64,000 nt of DNA from Eledone cirrhosa (lineage: Eukaryota): the NCBI GenBank assembly GCA_964016885.1, contig OZ024742.1, positions 310,124,001-310,188,000 of the forward strand. Reading direction: 5' to 3'. A model generated the notes under the pieces. The model ran no database searches. It had not been told where the DNA came from and saw nothing but the letters and a program-made list of their open reading frames with translations. Made by a program: the position numbers and the translations under genes. Shown in pieces: positions 1 through 13,906 of this stretch (position 1 is the stretch's first letter; the number at the start of each line of letters is the position of its first letter).

Positions 1-59
1 GAGAAGAAAAAGAGGAGGAAAGCAAGGATTATTAGATCACGAAAGAAAAAGGGGGTTGG

Positions 60-450
60 GGGAGGGAGAGGGTGACAGGCTCTATGCCTAAGGTGCCGCA
101 ATGTTTCGACTGCGTCCCGCGGACAAGACTGCAAAGGCATTTCCGCGGATAATGGCCAGCGACACCCACTGTAACAGCCCACCATCCTATCTCGAGGGGC
201 TCCTTCTTCAGATGGGCTGCTGACGTTCCTATTTTACGGAGGAGCTCGGCAGTACGGGGTCCAAGGAAGTCAGATTTCGATGGCGACCGGTATGAGAGGA
301 AGCGGCCGGACAAACCGCGTTATTTGCTTGGTGGCCGAAGCGACCAATTTGGAGGCGGAGAACGTGACGCAGAATGTGCAAATCAGCAGGGCGTCGATTG
401 GAAATAGATCGGAAGGGTTTACTAGGAAACTTGTGAGAGCGAAAATGAAT
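60..450 (-). mobile_element. Decayed 3' end of a CRE-like non-LTR retrotransposon (RLE endonuclease C-terminus)
   Basis: Frameshifted minus-strand translation K*RGLSGR..IPVAIE..FLGPRTAELLRKIG..KEP..SLAIIRGNAFAVL matches the 'P.A.ET.G..G...SLAIQRGNA' C-terminus of CRE-type RLE proteins. Confidence 0.65.
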
Positions 451-458
451 GGGAGATA

Positions 459-462
<4 letters not shown>

Positions 463-516
<54 letters not shown>

Positions 517-712
517 AGAGAAAGAGGGAAAGCCAGAAAGAGAGAGAGATTTAAAAAATGTTACGCTCAGAAAATAAATATATATACATGCGTACATATA
601 AGCAAACATAGAAACGAGGCAAATAATAAAGTGCAAAAAAGCTTGATCCTGAGGACACATGAGAGAGAGACCGAGAGAGCGAGAAAAAGGGAGGGCTGGA
701 GAGAGAGAGAGA

Positions 713-769
<57 letters not shown>

Positions 770-893
770 AGAGAAAGAGAAGTTGAGAAAGAAGCAGAGA
801 AGGAGAGAGAGAGAAGGAGAGAAAGAGAAGGAGAGAAAGAGAAGGAGAGAAAATCGGAGGGAGAGAAGGTAAGAGTGAAGGAGAGACAGAAGG

Positions 894-957
<64 letters not shown>
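463..957. repeat. (GA)n / purine-rich low-complexity tract
   Basis: Long GAGAGA runs; source of the SL/RE pseudo-ORFs. Confidence 0.95.
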
Positions 958-959
<2 letters not shown>

Positions 960-1181
960 TGAAAGGGAAACCAGTACATGGTGAGGGTAGTTGGTGGTGG
1001 TTTTCATGAAAAGAATGCAATAAAACACTGTTATCTTTACTGTTTAATAAATATAGTCCAATATCTCAGGCCACGTGACTAACAGACATATCAACCGCTT
1101 CATTTGTCACCTCTGAATTAACTTCCGGTGATAACATATACTATCAGACTGAGACTGCGTTTGTGTGTATGTATATATACA

Positions 1182-1231
<50 letters not shown>

Positions 1232-1263
1232 TGTATATATACATACACACATATATATATATA

Positions 1264-1306
<43 letters not shown>

Positions 1307-1599
1307 ATAATAAGGGTAAAAGCAGCGATTCTTGGTTTAATCTGTTATTTTAATAAATATATATATATATATACATATATATATGTTGTTATACTTTGGG
1401 AGGGTCATGTTGCCAATAAGTATATGTATGTATATATATTTATTAAAATAACAGATTAAAGTTTAAGCAAAGAATCGCTGCGTTCACCCTTAACGGGATC
1501 TTCTGAAACTAACAAAGTCAATCTGTAAACGCAGAACTGGATATTTCAAAAAACGTTGCAACCGGAGGAAGACAGGAAGACGATACTTTGGTTCGTGGA

Positions 1600-1875
1600 A
1601 ACGTTCGCTGGCAAAGAACGGGAAAAAACGAATAATACGTCATTAATAGGAGTGGTGAAAAACAATTACGCGCAAAGACAAAACCACGTTTATGGTATAA
1701 AGGAGGTCGTAGACTAATGTTCTCTTAGGTGATGCATAGAGACGTTCTCTGGCAATGAACGAAAAAACGAAGATAATAAGTCATATGTGGGGCGTGGAGA
1801 ACAATAGCACGCAAAGACAAAACCACGTAAATGGTATAGCAGAAGTCGTAGACTAAAATTCTAACTAGGAGACCA
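1600..1875. repeat. Diverged ~141-bp tandem duplication, probably in the 3' region of the adjacent PLE
   Basis: cgttc(g/t)ctggcaa...cgcaaagacaaaaccacgt...gtcgtagactaa recurs at 1602 and 1743. Confidence 0.75.
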
Positions 1876-2087
1876 AATGAATCTCCGCTACAGAGTTAAG
1901 AACAAAGTAAATAAATACAGTACAGAAGTAATAGAAACAAATAAATACATACACGCAAACAGATACGTACATACACAAGCATACGCAAAACCTTACCAAG
2001 GTATACAAAACCACGCACATATACATATGTGTGTGTGTGTATGCTTGTGTACATATAAATAAATAATTATATAAACGTATATAAGTA

Positions 2088-3045
2088 AATAAATACGTAT
2101 ATAACAAGCGCACACACATACCTACATATAAATACACGAATGTTCGGAGACGTAAGTCAACTAAAACAAGAAGTACACATATACACACACCCACCATACG
2201 TACGAACCTGCATACTCACGCAGACGCAAAACTCCCGTATACACATAGCCAAACCCTAAATACCAGAATATGTAAAAATTATACGCCATAACAGTCAAAT
2301 ATACGTACGAGAAGGTATACTTACCTTCACAAAACATACGGGTAATATATACTTACCTATGCAAATAAGTAAAGGAATAAACAAAACATATACTTAGCTC
2401 CCACATCAAGACGTAAAATATCCACGTATAGATCGTGCTATCCGTTAGGGTATAACGTGGGGCTGTAATACAGGAAAGTTTTGTTTACAAGCCGAAATTG
2501 CCTCAGATTTTTTGTTTAAGATGTGGTCTGTGGCGTAGAGTATTTCCAGGGCCTCAGCGGCGCAGAGGTCACATGGTCTTTTATTTCCGTTATACGATCT
2601 AGCCCTAGCTAGGATCTCCCAGTGTAACTTATATTGGGTGTGGTTGTCTTTTAGACTCCAGATATAAGCTGAAAGTGACGTCATATTCCTTCTTAGAGGG
2701 TAACGAAAAGAATGGGTATGCATGTAAAGACGCTGCTTGAAACTATTGGCGGTTAACCCTATGTAGGCCCTACGGGACGTGGGTGTTACAACCTTACATT
2801 TATAGACAATGTTACTACAGAGGCATTTCCGGATAGGGGGCAATCAGCCCGATTCCTACAATTACACTTAGTACTAACTACAGGGTTGCACGTGTTCCTA
2901 CGGCTAGGTAGTTTTGCTAAATTAGAAGCTGTGATGTTATGTGCAAGGTTAGGAGTCGTAGAGTAAGAAATTTTAATAGTATTTCTATTAAAAATTTTAC
3001 TATATTTATGTGTAGGGGGAAAATGCTTCGTAATAAGGGAAAGAT
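2088..3045 (-). mobile_element. 5'-truncated Penelope-like element, family P1 (linker + GIY-YIG + 3' UTR)
   Basis: ORF 2445-2843 has VYKC..YIGLTANSFKQR..H..CDLC..E..LNKKSE (GIY-YIG), preceded by CNCR..CPLSGKC. It aligns with 46920-47888, and the 5' break abuts (TA)n. Confidence 0.92.
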
Positions 3046-3285
3046 GTATATATATATATTGAAGGATAAGTATTTACCCTTAATTTTATTCTGAGTTAAG
3101 ACTCTATTGGTTTTTTCCCTGGATTACACAAAATCTGTGGATAAAATTTCTGTCTTGACTTTTTTTGAATTAAGATTGAATTATTTTCCCATATCTTACG
3201 TTAAATATATTCCATCTTGACGTAATAGTCACTTATATGTCTGAATTACTGTTGGCTTCTTGCACACATTAATTTCTCTATTTTC

Positions 3286-3342
<57 letters not shown>

Positions 3343-3343
3343 A

Positions 3344-3401
<58 letters not shown>

Positions 3402-3408
3402 ATATATA

Positions 3409-3484
3409 CAGGGTGTCCCCAAAAATGTATACTCACATTTATTAGAATGAAGTTGAAGTGTGTATACATTTTTGGGACACCCTG
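3409..3484. mobile_element. 76-bp Tc1/mariner-type MITE
   Basis: TA|CAGGGTGTCCC(C)AAAAATGTATAC ... GTATACATTTTTGGGACACCCTG|TA terminal inverted repeats with TA target-site duplication (TSD). Confidence 0.85.
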
Positions 3485-3499
3485 TATATACACACACAT

Positions 3500-3553
<54 letters not shown>

Positions 3554-3643
3554 CTAGACATATATATACATATAGATATATGTGTCTATCTGTTTGACTC
3601 TCCCCCTCTCTCTTTATATATATATATATATACATAAGTCATT

Positions 3644-3820
3644 CCGGGTTGAATCGGAGGTAGCCACAGTAAGTAAGGTACTCAATACATAGCAGAGTAT
3701 AAAAGTTTTAATATAGAAGAGCTTCTACAGGACTAGAACTGTTTCATTCGTGAGAAATCATCAGGTGATGATTACTCACGAATGAAACAGTTCTAGTCCT
3801 GTAGAAGCTCTTCTATATTA
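3644..3820 (-). mobile_element. Short HHR-bearing PLE-type 3'-end insertion (family H1) with 5' inversion
   Basis: Minus strand reads CTGATGA-TTTCTCACGAAT-GAAACAG-TTCTAGTC-CTGTA. 3766-3820 is an inverted copy of about 3709-3762. Homologous to the copies at 53361, 56640 and 62545. Confidence 0.8.
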
Positions 3821-3920
3821 ATATATATATATATGTTATGTATTTCCGTAGAAAAGGTAAAGGAAGGAAGAGTGCTCTATGTATAATACCCCCCCCCCCC
3901 CCCACATATATATATATATA

Positions 3921-4588
3921 TAAAATATATAGATTTACATATACATAAACTAGACAGAGCCATAAATATATATATATATGTGTTTTTGGCAACCATTCAC
4001 GTTGTGGCTCAATGATGAATTAATTAATTAAATAATCAACAATCAGAGCAATATACAAGAAAGTACGTCCATAGAATCATTTGATAAAATATATACAGTA
4101 TTTCCTCTCCCAATCATCATAAACAACCACACAAAAAATTAATTCATTTTGATTTCGTTTCTGGCGGGGATCATTTAAGAAAAATTTTTGTCCAATTGAG
4201 TTTGCTTCCTGATGATTTCGAAACTCGTGAATTTATCCTTGATCGGATATTTCCAAAAAGCGAATTAAACCCCATGGGGTAGAAACATAATTTTGGTATG
4301 CTTATATACATTTTTCCTTCTAACTTTGATTTTGTACCTAATTGTGTATGGATTGGCTATATATCTAATCGATTTCCACGGGCTATTAGTAATACTGGGT
4401 AAATATTCTGTGGCTGTTGAGCGCGAATAACATAGCTATCGTTTATATATCTATTGTTTCTTCATAGGTGCCTTTTAATCTTATAGCCTTGTTTAATTGA
4501 TTTTTTATGTGGTTGATTATGCTGATTGGGAGAGGAAATACTGTATATATTTTATCAAATGATTCTATGGACGTACTTTCTTGTATAT
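3921..4588 (+). mobile_element. Older copy of the 681-nt retrozyme-like family (H2), with 5' inverted segment
   Basis: 4145-4588 aligns with 57410-57845, and 3921-4144 is an inverted copy of the unit's 3' part. The HHR at about 4204-4286 has GAAA mutated to TAAA. Confidence 0.75.
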
Positions 4589-4593
4589 ATATA

Positions 4594-4640
<47 letters not shown>

Positions 4641-4992
4641 AGGAATACATGCATGCAAATTAATATGCATGAAATTAACTATCCGTCATCCGTCTTAATA
4701 TATTCACCTCTATCCATGATTGTGTATATAAACGAGCATTATTTGTATGTTTGGCAATATATGTGTGGTTGTTCGTATGGATCTGAGCAAAGGTGACGAA
4801 AAAATTACGTGATGGAAGGAAGGTGAGATAATATCAAATACACACGCAAATAGACACAATCAAACACAAACACTCTTACACACACAACACCTTACATATA
4901 CACTCGCGTATAAATATATATGAAGAGTTGACTGTTCCACATGTTACCCATTCCACCCCACTGATGACTGTCCCTCACTCCAAAGACACACA

Positions 4993-5082
<90 letters not shown>

Positions 5083-6026
5083 CTTGTCGCTTCTAAATGT
5101 TGTTTAGACCACGGGGTAGTTGTGAAGTTGTAGAATTATGGTCAAAATTATTCCTGCTGTGGCCATTCCTTCTTTGTATGGCTAAAATATCCAATGCACT
5201 GTCTACGTATTCAAGACTCTATTATATTACTTCAGGGATTATTGGCTATTATTTTTTGCACGTCGAGAGACCGTTTAGGGGTTTTCTGTTTGGCTTGAAA
5301 ATACATATGAACGGCCTAGTCCTCCTGCAAATTAAATAGCTTGAGCATGGGAGCAATACACTAGACTTCACATCCAATAAAGTTCCCAGTTGTGTAGAGG
5401 ATACCGCCGTCCATTTCACCATAACCTATCCTAACAAATAGACCCTCGCATGCAATCTCAACACATCACTGATGCTATGAACAGAAATCTCGTCATGCTA
5501 TCTCAACATGCCTATCTCGTCTTTTTCAATAGAAAATCATTGATCATATCAGGAAACCATCGTAACTCATCCTGCTTAAGAATGCTCATCCTTAACATAG
5601 CTAGAAATACATTAATCCACAGCATTACTGACCTTTTACAAAGCTCATGTGATACTCACACAAGAATACTGTCCCCACATCTAGGACAGTAATACTGCTG
5701 CTCCACAAGACATCCTATCCCTTAACTATAGCTAAACCATTCGGTTAATTGGTTCACTCACAGAAACAATCCAGTTTCTGGCTCACAACTACTACAATGA
5801 TCTGTTCTTCGGAGTTGTGTCAGACGCCGTGACCATGGGTGGACCAGTAGTACCGTTGGTAGGGGTCGAATCTGCCAAAATCCATCTCAACGGCCAACGA
5901 GCCTGGAGTTCTATGTCTCGTTTGTATTTTCGAAAAATATTTTTTTAAGGTTTCCCTTTAAAAAATGTTTTTCTTTTTGCTTTGTTTTCGTTCGTTATCT
6001 TGTCCCCTCTTTGTTAATTTTCCTAC

Positions 6027-6091
<65 letters not shown>

Positions 6092-6467
6092 CGGGTGTGC
6101 TTATGTAAATATCAAAGTATAGATGTTTGTATATAAGTATGGATGTATATGTGTATATGTGTGAATGTCCACCCAATCACATATACTTACACACAGTCAC
6201 ACATACAAACACACATCTCACTGTTTGTTTTTGTGTGTGGCTTATATCAAGTTGTTATTATTCTGTTTACCAGTTGCATGGTATTGCATAGTAGTGGGAG
6301 TTCAGTTCTCATCTGCCGGAATAATTTGTTGGGTGTTGTCTAATGTCAAGTATGAAGGGAAAGAAATCTTCAAATTCTGTAGGGCCAATTATCTTGTTGA
6401 AGTGGGACTACTTTACCTACTACTCATACTGCCATGCACACGAACACACAAATAAGTGAACACAGAT

Positions 6468-6544
<77 letters not shown>

Positions 6545-6659
6545 CCACACAAATATGTAAATCGGCTTAGGCGAAAACCAAGATTTGTTTATCCTCACAT
6601 ATACATCCGGAAAAAAACAACAAACACAAGCAGAAATACACACACGCACACTTTATATT

Positions 6660-6866
6660 TTACTCAGCTTCAGTCATAGGTCTAAGGCCATACTGGGGCA
6701 TCACCTTGAAAAGTTTCAGTCGCTTATATTGGCCCTAGTAGTTATTTTTATAAACTTGATACTTATTCTATCGATCTATATTTGTCGAACCGCTTCATTA
6801 TATGCCACACACAAACAACACCCTTCATTTAGTGGTCTCAGTGTAAATTCTGAGAAGGTCACGAAA

Positions 6867-6911
<45 letters not shown>

Positions 6912-6985
6912 AAATGGGCCTCAGCACGGTTTTCGCCAGCCAAACGTCACTCACAAGACATTGGTCAAGATGCTATGGAAGATCT
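6660..6985 (-). mobile_element. Decayed SINE (CORE-like, microsatellite inside)
   Basis: Resembles a cephalopod SINE body around a (CA)n tract; highly diverged. Confidence 0.4.
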
Positions 6986-9115
6986 TAAACACGCAGCCAC
7001 GCGTGCACCTTTACATAATTTTTTTCCGAGATCTTCTCTTCTCTCTTTCTCTCCATATTTTTCTCTTTCCTCCTCTCACCATATTATATATGTTCCGTAT
7101 ATGAACATAAATAAATAATATTAGACACACACACACGCACACGCACACGCACACGCACACACACACACACACACACACAAGTTTGATATAGAAATGGTTT
7201 CAAAAGTGAACTTGATGTTTACACTCTACTAATGTATTGAGTACCCTACTAAATCTTTTTACTCCCGATTGCACCCGGGACTCATATATATATATATATA
7301 TATATATATTCTTAGAAAATGTAGAAATCCAGAACGACAGTCGATTGTCATAAATGATAACTTAGAAATCGGGTAAAATACCCCTGTTGACAGAATAAAT
7401 GATCAGCAGCTACTACAAAGAATCAAACTGAACACTCTATACTACTGAGTTAAATACCCTCTAACAAAAATAATTATATAAATAGAAAGCTAAACGAACA
7501 GTTTAAAACATTTCGTAAATAACATTTCGACAATAAACTATTGGAGCGTTGAGTTGATTGAAATTCTTAGAAATGTAATCTCAAACAGAAAATAACTGCA
7601 ATTACATGGCCCCAGGGCCACCTCCCTACTCACCACCATCGACACAGAGCTGGCTACCAGCAGGCGTGAGCCTCGCGAGCTGGAATTGCTCTTCCAGTGC
7701 GTTTCTCTCACTATCCTTCGAGAAAACTCCTCTATTCGTGGGGAAGCCAGCGTGTGGACCCCTATTTGCTCACAATAGTGAGAGATTGGGGAGAGCGAGA
7801 GAGATGGAGTCATTGGAAGTGGGAGTTTGGTTCCATTGTGTTCAGACCTGGTATATATGTATATGTTTATTTACCACACCACATTAACTGTATATAAGGT
7901 ATATTGTTACATCATCTGAGAATTAATAAAATCTGAGTATTGTGTCGATTAATTTACTTTAACACCCACATTCACGGCACTCTATCTTCTGAGACATTAT
8001 AAATTAGAACAATGTACAAGTAGATCTTCAGTAGTAAAACATCCCAACATCACAACAGTAATGTATTCCCATTGGGATCACCACGCAAACCTGACAACGG
8101 GAACGAGGAGTACCATGAGGCAAAATAGGGAGATAGGGAAATCTCTCACCCACCCCAATGTGGGTGAGAGATCTTCTCGTCGAACGGGGAGAGTTGACAG
8201 GTCTGCTCGTATATCTTCTGAGACATTATAAAATACAAACATGCACAAGTAGGTCTTCAGTAGTAAAACATCTGAGCATCATAACAATGTATTCCCACCG
8301 TGATCACCACCTCTCTTTATGAGTATGCAGGGCTATTCCTCAAACATTCTCTTCTTATTTAAAACGGTAGGATATTATTTGAGGTATATGTTGCCTGTAA
8401 CGCTAGCAGCAGAACACACAAGTAGAGTGCACTGCGCAGGCTTTCATGAAGGGACGAGCGACACAGTCTTCGCAACACTGCTTTACATCCAGCCATACAC
8501 CACTCGGCATCAAACCTATCGACCCGGAAGGATTAATGCAAAGTTAAACCCTGATGAAATTTGAGCTCAGAAAACAAAAGGTCGGTATTGAAAACCTCAA
8601 AACATCGTCTTTTTATGAGTATGCAGGAATATTCCTCAAACATACTCTTCTGATTTAAAACGCTAGGTACAAGTCGCCGCTATCACTGGCAGCGCAATTG
8701 AATATGTAATAGCACCTTCGTTGGTTGTGTATGTGTGGCTGTATGTGTATTGATATAGGTGTGAACATCACAGAGCCCAATGGTTAAGAGGTTCATTTAG
8801 CAACCATTAGGCAAGTGATATTTACTATAGCCTCTTGTCGACTCATGCAGTGTGGGTGAAATTGGGTAGGCGGAAACTATTTGGAAGCCCGTTGAATGGA
8901 CTTCCCCAATAATTCAATGGGTCAACATTATCACAAATTATGTCAGTCTGAATTTCCTCGAGAAATTACGTTAAACGTACACGTGTCAGTAGAATGTTCA
9001 AACAGTTGCACATTCATTCCTCGAGCAGGATGTTTCGTTAATCGAACAACCGGATCACCCATCGTCGAAATCGACGGAAGTTCATTCCATGTTTGTTCTT
9101 ACAGGTGATGTGAAA

Positions 9116-9307
9116 TAATTGTTTCTACTGTTGGCACAAGGCCAGCAATTACCTCAGTGTATTACTGATACTTTATTTTATCGACCCCGTAAGGATGAAA
9201 GGGAAACTTAACCTCGGCGAGATTTGAACTTAGATCATAAAGAGCCGTAACTCTATGCTGCAAAGCATGGCGTCCGACCCTCTACCGATACTGCCAATCC
9301 ACTGCCA
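9116..9307 (-). mobile_element. tRNA-derived Nin/Deu-type SINE (family S1) with 15-bp TSD
   Basis: A-box TGGCAGTATCGGTAG, B-box GTTCAAATC and domain CCTTTCATCCTTACGGGGTCGATAAAATAAAG. TSD TGATGTGAAATAATT at 9106-9120 and 9311-9325. Confidence 0.88.
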
Positions 9308-9912
9308 TTATGATGTGAAATAATATTCCGGAATATGCTACTTTCCGGCTATATCACTGTAGAACTTTTCATCTCATTTCCTCATCAATCTGGACGAAAT
9401 CACAATTCCGGATGTTACTAGTTAAGACATAATAGCCAGATGTAATAACTTCTCTAGTTGATAAATTTCATTAATTTTCTCCTCCTCCTCCTACCACCAC
9501 CACCACCACCCCCTTCCCCCTCTCTTCCATTTTTTTCCGTTTCTTTTTCATTTCTTCATTTATTGTTTTTCCTGTGCTGTTAAGCTGAACATTTCTACAC
9601 AAGATCTCTTCCTCATACATTCTCATCGTCATCTTCTTCTTCTTCTTATTGTAGTTTCTTCTACTTCTTTGGGTGTATGTGTCTAAGAACATATGCGTAT
9701 AAATAATATATATATATTTATACATACATACATGTGTATATATGTGTGTATGTGTGTGTGTATGTGTGTGTATATATATATGTATATATATATACATATA
9801 TATATACACACACATACACACACACACACACATATTTATTAATATTAGTCTTCAAATTTGTTATTATTACTATATACATATATATGTATGTATATACATA
9901 TATATGTATATA

Positions 9913-9945
<33 letters not shown>

Positions 9946-10106
9946 CATACATATATATGTGTATATATATATGTATATATATATTATATATATTATATAT
10001 ATATATATGTGTGTATGTGTTATACACAAACGATATGTATGTATATATATATATATATAGGTATTGAAGTTTCCGTTGAAAATTGAAACGGTCATAGGAG
10101 TGATAT

Positions 10107-10154
<48 letters not shown>

Positions 10155-10744
10155 TGTATGTATACCCACATAAGCCCATGAATTTACAAAGAGGTGGACC
10201 GAAGCAACAGTAGAAGACACTCGAACTGTTGGGTAAGTGAGGTCGGATCCGAAACCACGTGTTTAGGAAGAGAACCTCTAAACTGCACGGCTATACGTTT
10301 TCTATATTGCATATTTCAATAATTCTAAAAAGCGTTTTCTAAGCCTTTGTAGGTTTTAAATATTAATTAATAAGTATCTTTATTGACATCAACTTTTAAT
10401 GAAAGCTTTTCTTCTAAAATAATCCAAGCGGAATAATCCACAGAAAATTATTTCTATTTCCTTCCAGAAGATCAAGCCATCAGCACTTTCAATTCTATTC
10501 GGGGAGTCATATTTAAAAATAAAATTAATTAAAGTCATATATGGATTCTCTAACGGATTAATCTAAAGTCGTAATTAAATTGTGTTCTTAGCTAAAATAA
10601 ACGAAACAAATCAGAAAAAAGAGAAATAAAACTCAATGAAATTTCATTGAAGTTGTAAAGCTGAAAATCTGAAGAAAGAAATTCAAGTTAAAAATGAAAT
10701 TATTTTGAGCGGTACTTTTTTACTAATGATTCTTACTTAGCTGG

Positions 10745-11668
10745 ATCCTTCTGCGGTCGATTACCCCCCACCCTCCAGTAAAGTACTAGGGTTGATACAA
10801 ACGAGTTTCTCCTCCCCACAAATTACTGCTTAAATTAGAAATAATTATAATAATTATTATTCGACTGGCAGTATTGGTAGAGCGTCAGACACCATGCTTT
10901 GTGGCATTGTGTTACGGCCCTTTACGTTCTGTGTTCAAATCCCGTCTATGTTAGCTTTGCCTTTTATCCTTACAGGGTCGATAAAATAAAGTACCAGTAA
11001 CGAACTGGGGTCGATTTAATCGACTTTCCCCTCTCCTCTAATTGTTGGCCTTGTGCCTAAATCAGAAGTCGGACAACATGCTACGCATCATAGAGTTATG
11101 TCCCTTTCCGTTCTGAGTTGAAATCGAAATTAATTTTGTCTTTCATCTTTACGGGGTGTCGATAAAATAAAGTACCAATAACGAACTGGGGTCGATTTAA
11201 TCGACTTTCCCTCCCGCAAATTGTTGGCCTTGTGCCTGAATCGGAAACAAACAATTAATATTCGGCTGGAGAGGGCGGTGAATTGGTAGAATCGTAAGAG
11301 CATCGGATAAAATGCTTTTTGTTCCAAGACTTTACGTTCTGAGTTCAAATTTCCCCGAGGTAAAATTTGTTTTTCATACTTCGCACAAATTACTGTCCTT
11401 GTGCATAAATTAGAGATGATTATTGTGAAGCAGCTAGCTAAAGAGTGCTCCATAATAACTCATGTTACGCACACATATACATACACTTGGCAGTATTGGT
11501 AGAGGGTCGGACGCCATGCTTTGCAGCAAAGAGTTACGGCCCTTTATGGTCTGAGTTCAAATCCCGCCGAGGTTAACTTTGCCTTTCATCCTTACGGCGT
11601 TGATGAAATAAAGTACCAGTAATACACTGGGATAATTGCTGGCCTTGTGCCAAAAGTAGAAATAATTA
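10745..11668 (+). mobile_element. Cluster of 4-5 head-to-tail S1-type SINE copies
   Basis: Repeated SINE heads and bodies near 10864, 11069, 11272 and 11487, plus an older fragment at 10745. Confidence 0.82.
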
Positions 11669-12002
11669 TATATATATAGAGAGAGAGAGATAGATAGAGA
11701 GAGAGAGATAGATAGAGAGAGAGAGTCTGCGGCGCTGAGACTGAGGAAACCACTAATCAGGGGAGTACACGATTTATGGGGAGATGTAGAATGGGTATAG
11801 AGATGTGTAACATCACGACCGCGACGCCAAGCGGCTTCGGCTTGTGTGTCACCAAATTCGAAACCGCTTGGATTTTACATCTCTCTCTCTCTCTGTATAT
11901 TTGTATATAATTCGAACCAACCAACCGGAAATTTATAATAAATTTAAGTGAAAACCAACAGGTGCGTGTGTTTTTATTGGCAACATGACCCTCCCAAAAT
12001 AT

Positions 12003-12067
<65 letters not shown>

Positions 12068-12096
12068 AGTGTGTGTATACGCACGCACACACACAC

Positions 12097-12164
<68 letters not shown>

Positions 12165-12689
12165 GTACGTTATTTACTCAATCTCGTATTTCTGGCAAGA
12201 TGGAGTAAATAAAAAAAACAATATCGAAAGGAATAGAAGACAAAGAAACAAGAAGTGACATTGAGAAAGTTACAGAATGTGAGACGAACGAGTTTTGACA
12301 ATTAAACATGACAAATAGCCATCCGGTTACTAAACTAATTGACGAATGGATTAGTTACCTAACTAATAAATCCGAAGTTACACTCAACTGGCGCAGGTGT
12401 TTTTATTGGCAGCAGGCCCCTCCCAAAGTATAACAATATCTCTTTCAACACACAATTTCACATCAAGAATCATGCAAAACAAATACAAATCATGCAAAAC
12501 AAAGCTCTGAGCTTCAGAGGGTGGGTTAGGCCCCGCCAGGCTAGAAAAGCCTACGTAGCGTCATATGTCACTACGGCGTCACTAAAACTCCACCAAGTGT
12601 TATGGGTCTTACTCACACACACACACACATACATATATATTTACATAGTTTAAAAAATAAAACGAATATAGATTAAGGACTAAAATCAT

Positions 12690-13320
12690 GTACACACACA
12701 CACAAACACATGGTGGTGGCTGCCAACTCGTTTTCGAGTACGGCCACTACTTTATATCCATGTAGGAGAACTCCTACCAATGCGCTGAACGAGTGACATT
12801 TTAGTCCAGCCAGCAACTTGAAAACTCTGGTACAAACACTACACTTGTGACAATTATTGACACATAGTGCTGGGCCCATGGTACCATGTGACGACAAGTG
12901 CATAGAGATCTCCAGATATAAAGCAATGCCTGTGCCGTGAAGCTTTTATAGTGAGCAAAGGCATTGCACAAAGCCAGTCCCACTCTCTTAACCAAGATGA
13001 TATTTACCAAAAAGAAGAACAAGTCAACATCATTGGATACCATCAGGGTTGCAGATGTTATATCAGAGTTTTCCTTCTCCTAGAATTCTGCCTTGACAAA
13101 AGCTAAGGGGTCATCTCTCCCGGTGATTTTGGATGGCCATTGACTCTTAAGAGCTCCTTTGCCCTTTGAGAGGTTTTGTTTTTAGTCTTGCAGGATGTCC
13201 AAAGTCACCTTCCTCACCAAGAAACCTTGGTGGGGTTGCCAGTTTAGTCGCCAACGACCCGACCATGAGACAGGTTGTACTGGCATACATGTTACCAGTA
13301 GCACCAACTGGTGACCTGAC
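12690..13320 (-). mobile_element. RTE-like LINE remnant (putative 5' UTR + C-terminal zinc finger)
   Basis: CSVCTRVFKLLAGLKCH resembles the C2H2-like C-terminus of RTE ORFs. 13228-13320 is shared with 26710-26788. Confidence 0.5.
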
Positions 13321-13404
13321 ATACATATATAGTTACATATATACATACATATATATATATATATCAAGTAAGTATGTTTTGAAACAGTGAGCGATTTTGA
13401 AATT

Positions 13405-13623
13405 AGAACATATATAGCTTTCACCGTATTTTTAACTAAAGGAATTTTAGCTTTATAACGGGGTTTAGAACCCTCAGATAAATGGAAAAAGATAACCACA
13501 GATGTGGGTTCGACTCCCATGTACGTCAATACTCATCTTTTTCCATTTATCTGAGGGTTCTAAACCCCGTTATCAAGCTAAAATTCCTTTAGTTAAAAAT
13601 ACGGTGAAAGCTATATATGTTCT
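13405..13623. repeat. Fold-back: ~89-bp inverted arms with 41-nt spacer
   Basis: 13405-13493 is the reverse complement of 13535-13623 with one mismatch seen. Confidence 0.9.
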
Positions 13624-13906
13624 TATATATATATACATACATACATATATACATATACACACACACATACACATATACATACATACATACATATACACAT
13701 ATACATACATACATACATATACACATATACATACATACATACACACATATATACATACATATATACATATACATACATATACACATATACATATACACAT
13801 ATACACATACATACATACATATATATACACACATATATACATATACACACATACATATACATACATATATATACATACATACACACACATACATACATAT
13901 ATATAT

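Noticed and set aside
1437-2088. Hammerhead in the 3' region of PLE family P1
   Set aside because: No CTGANGA...GAAA arrangement found on either strand. The HHR at 47967 is antisense to P1 and belongs to another insert.
5097-5450. Possible ancient LINE fragments (also 42720-42980)
   Set aside because: Too degraded to assign by eye.
13228-13320. HDV-like ribozyme at the RTE-like 5' end (also 26710-26788)
   Set aside because: P4, CUAA and P2-like pieces are present, but I could not form P1 or P1.1.
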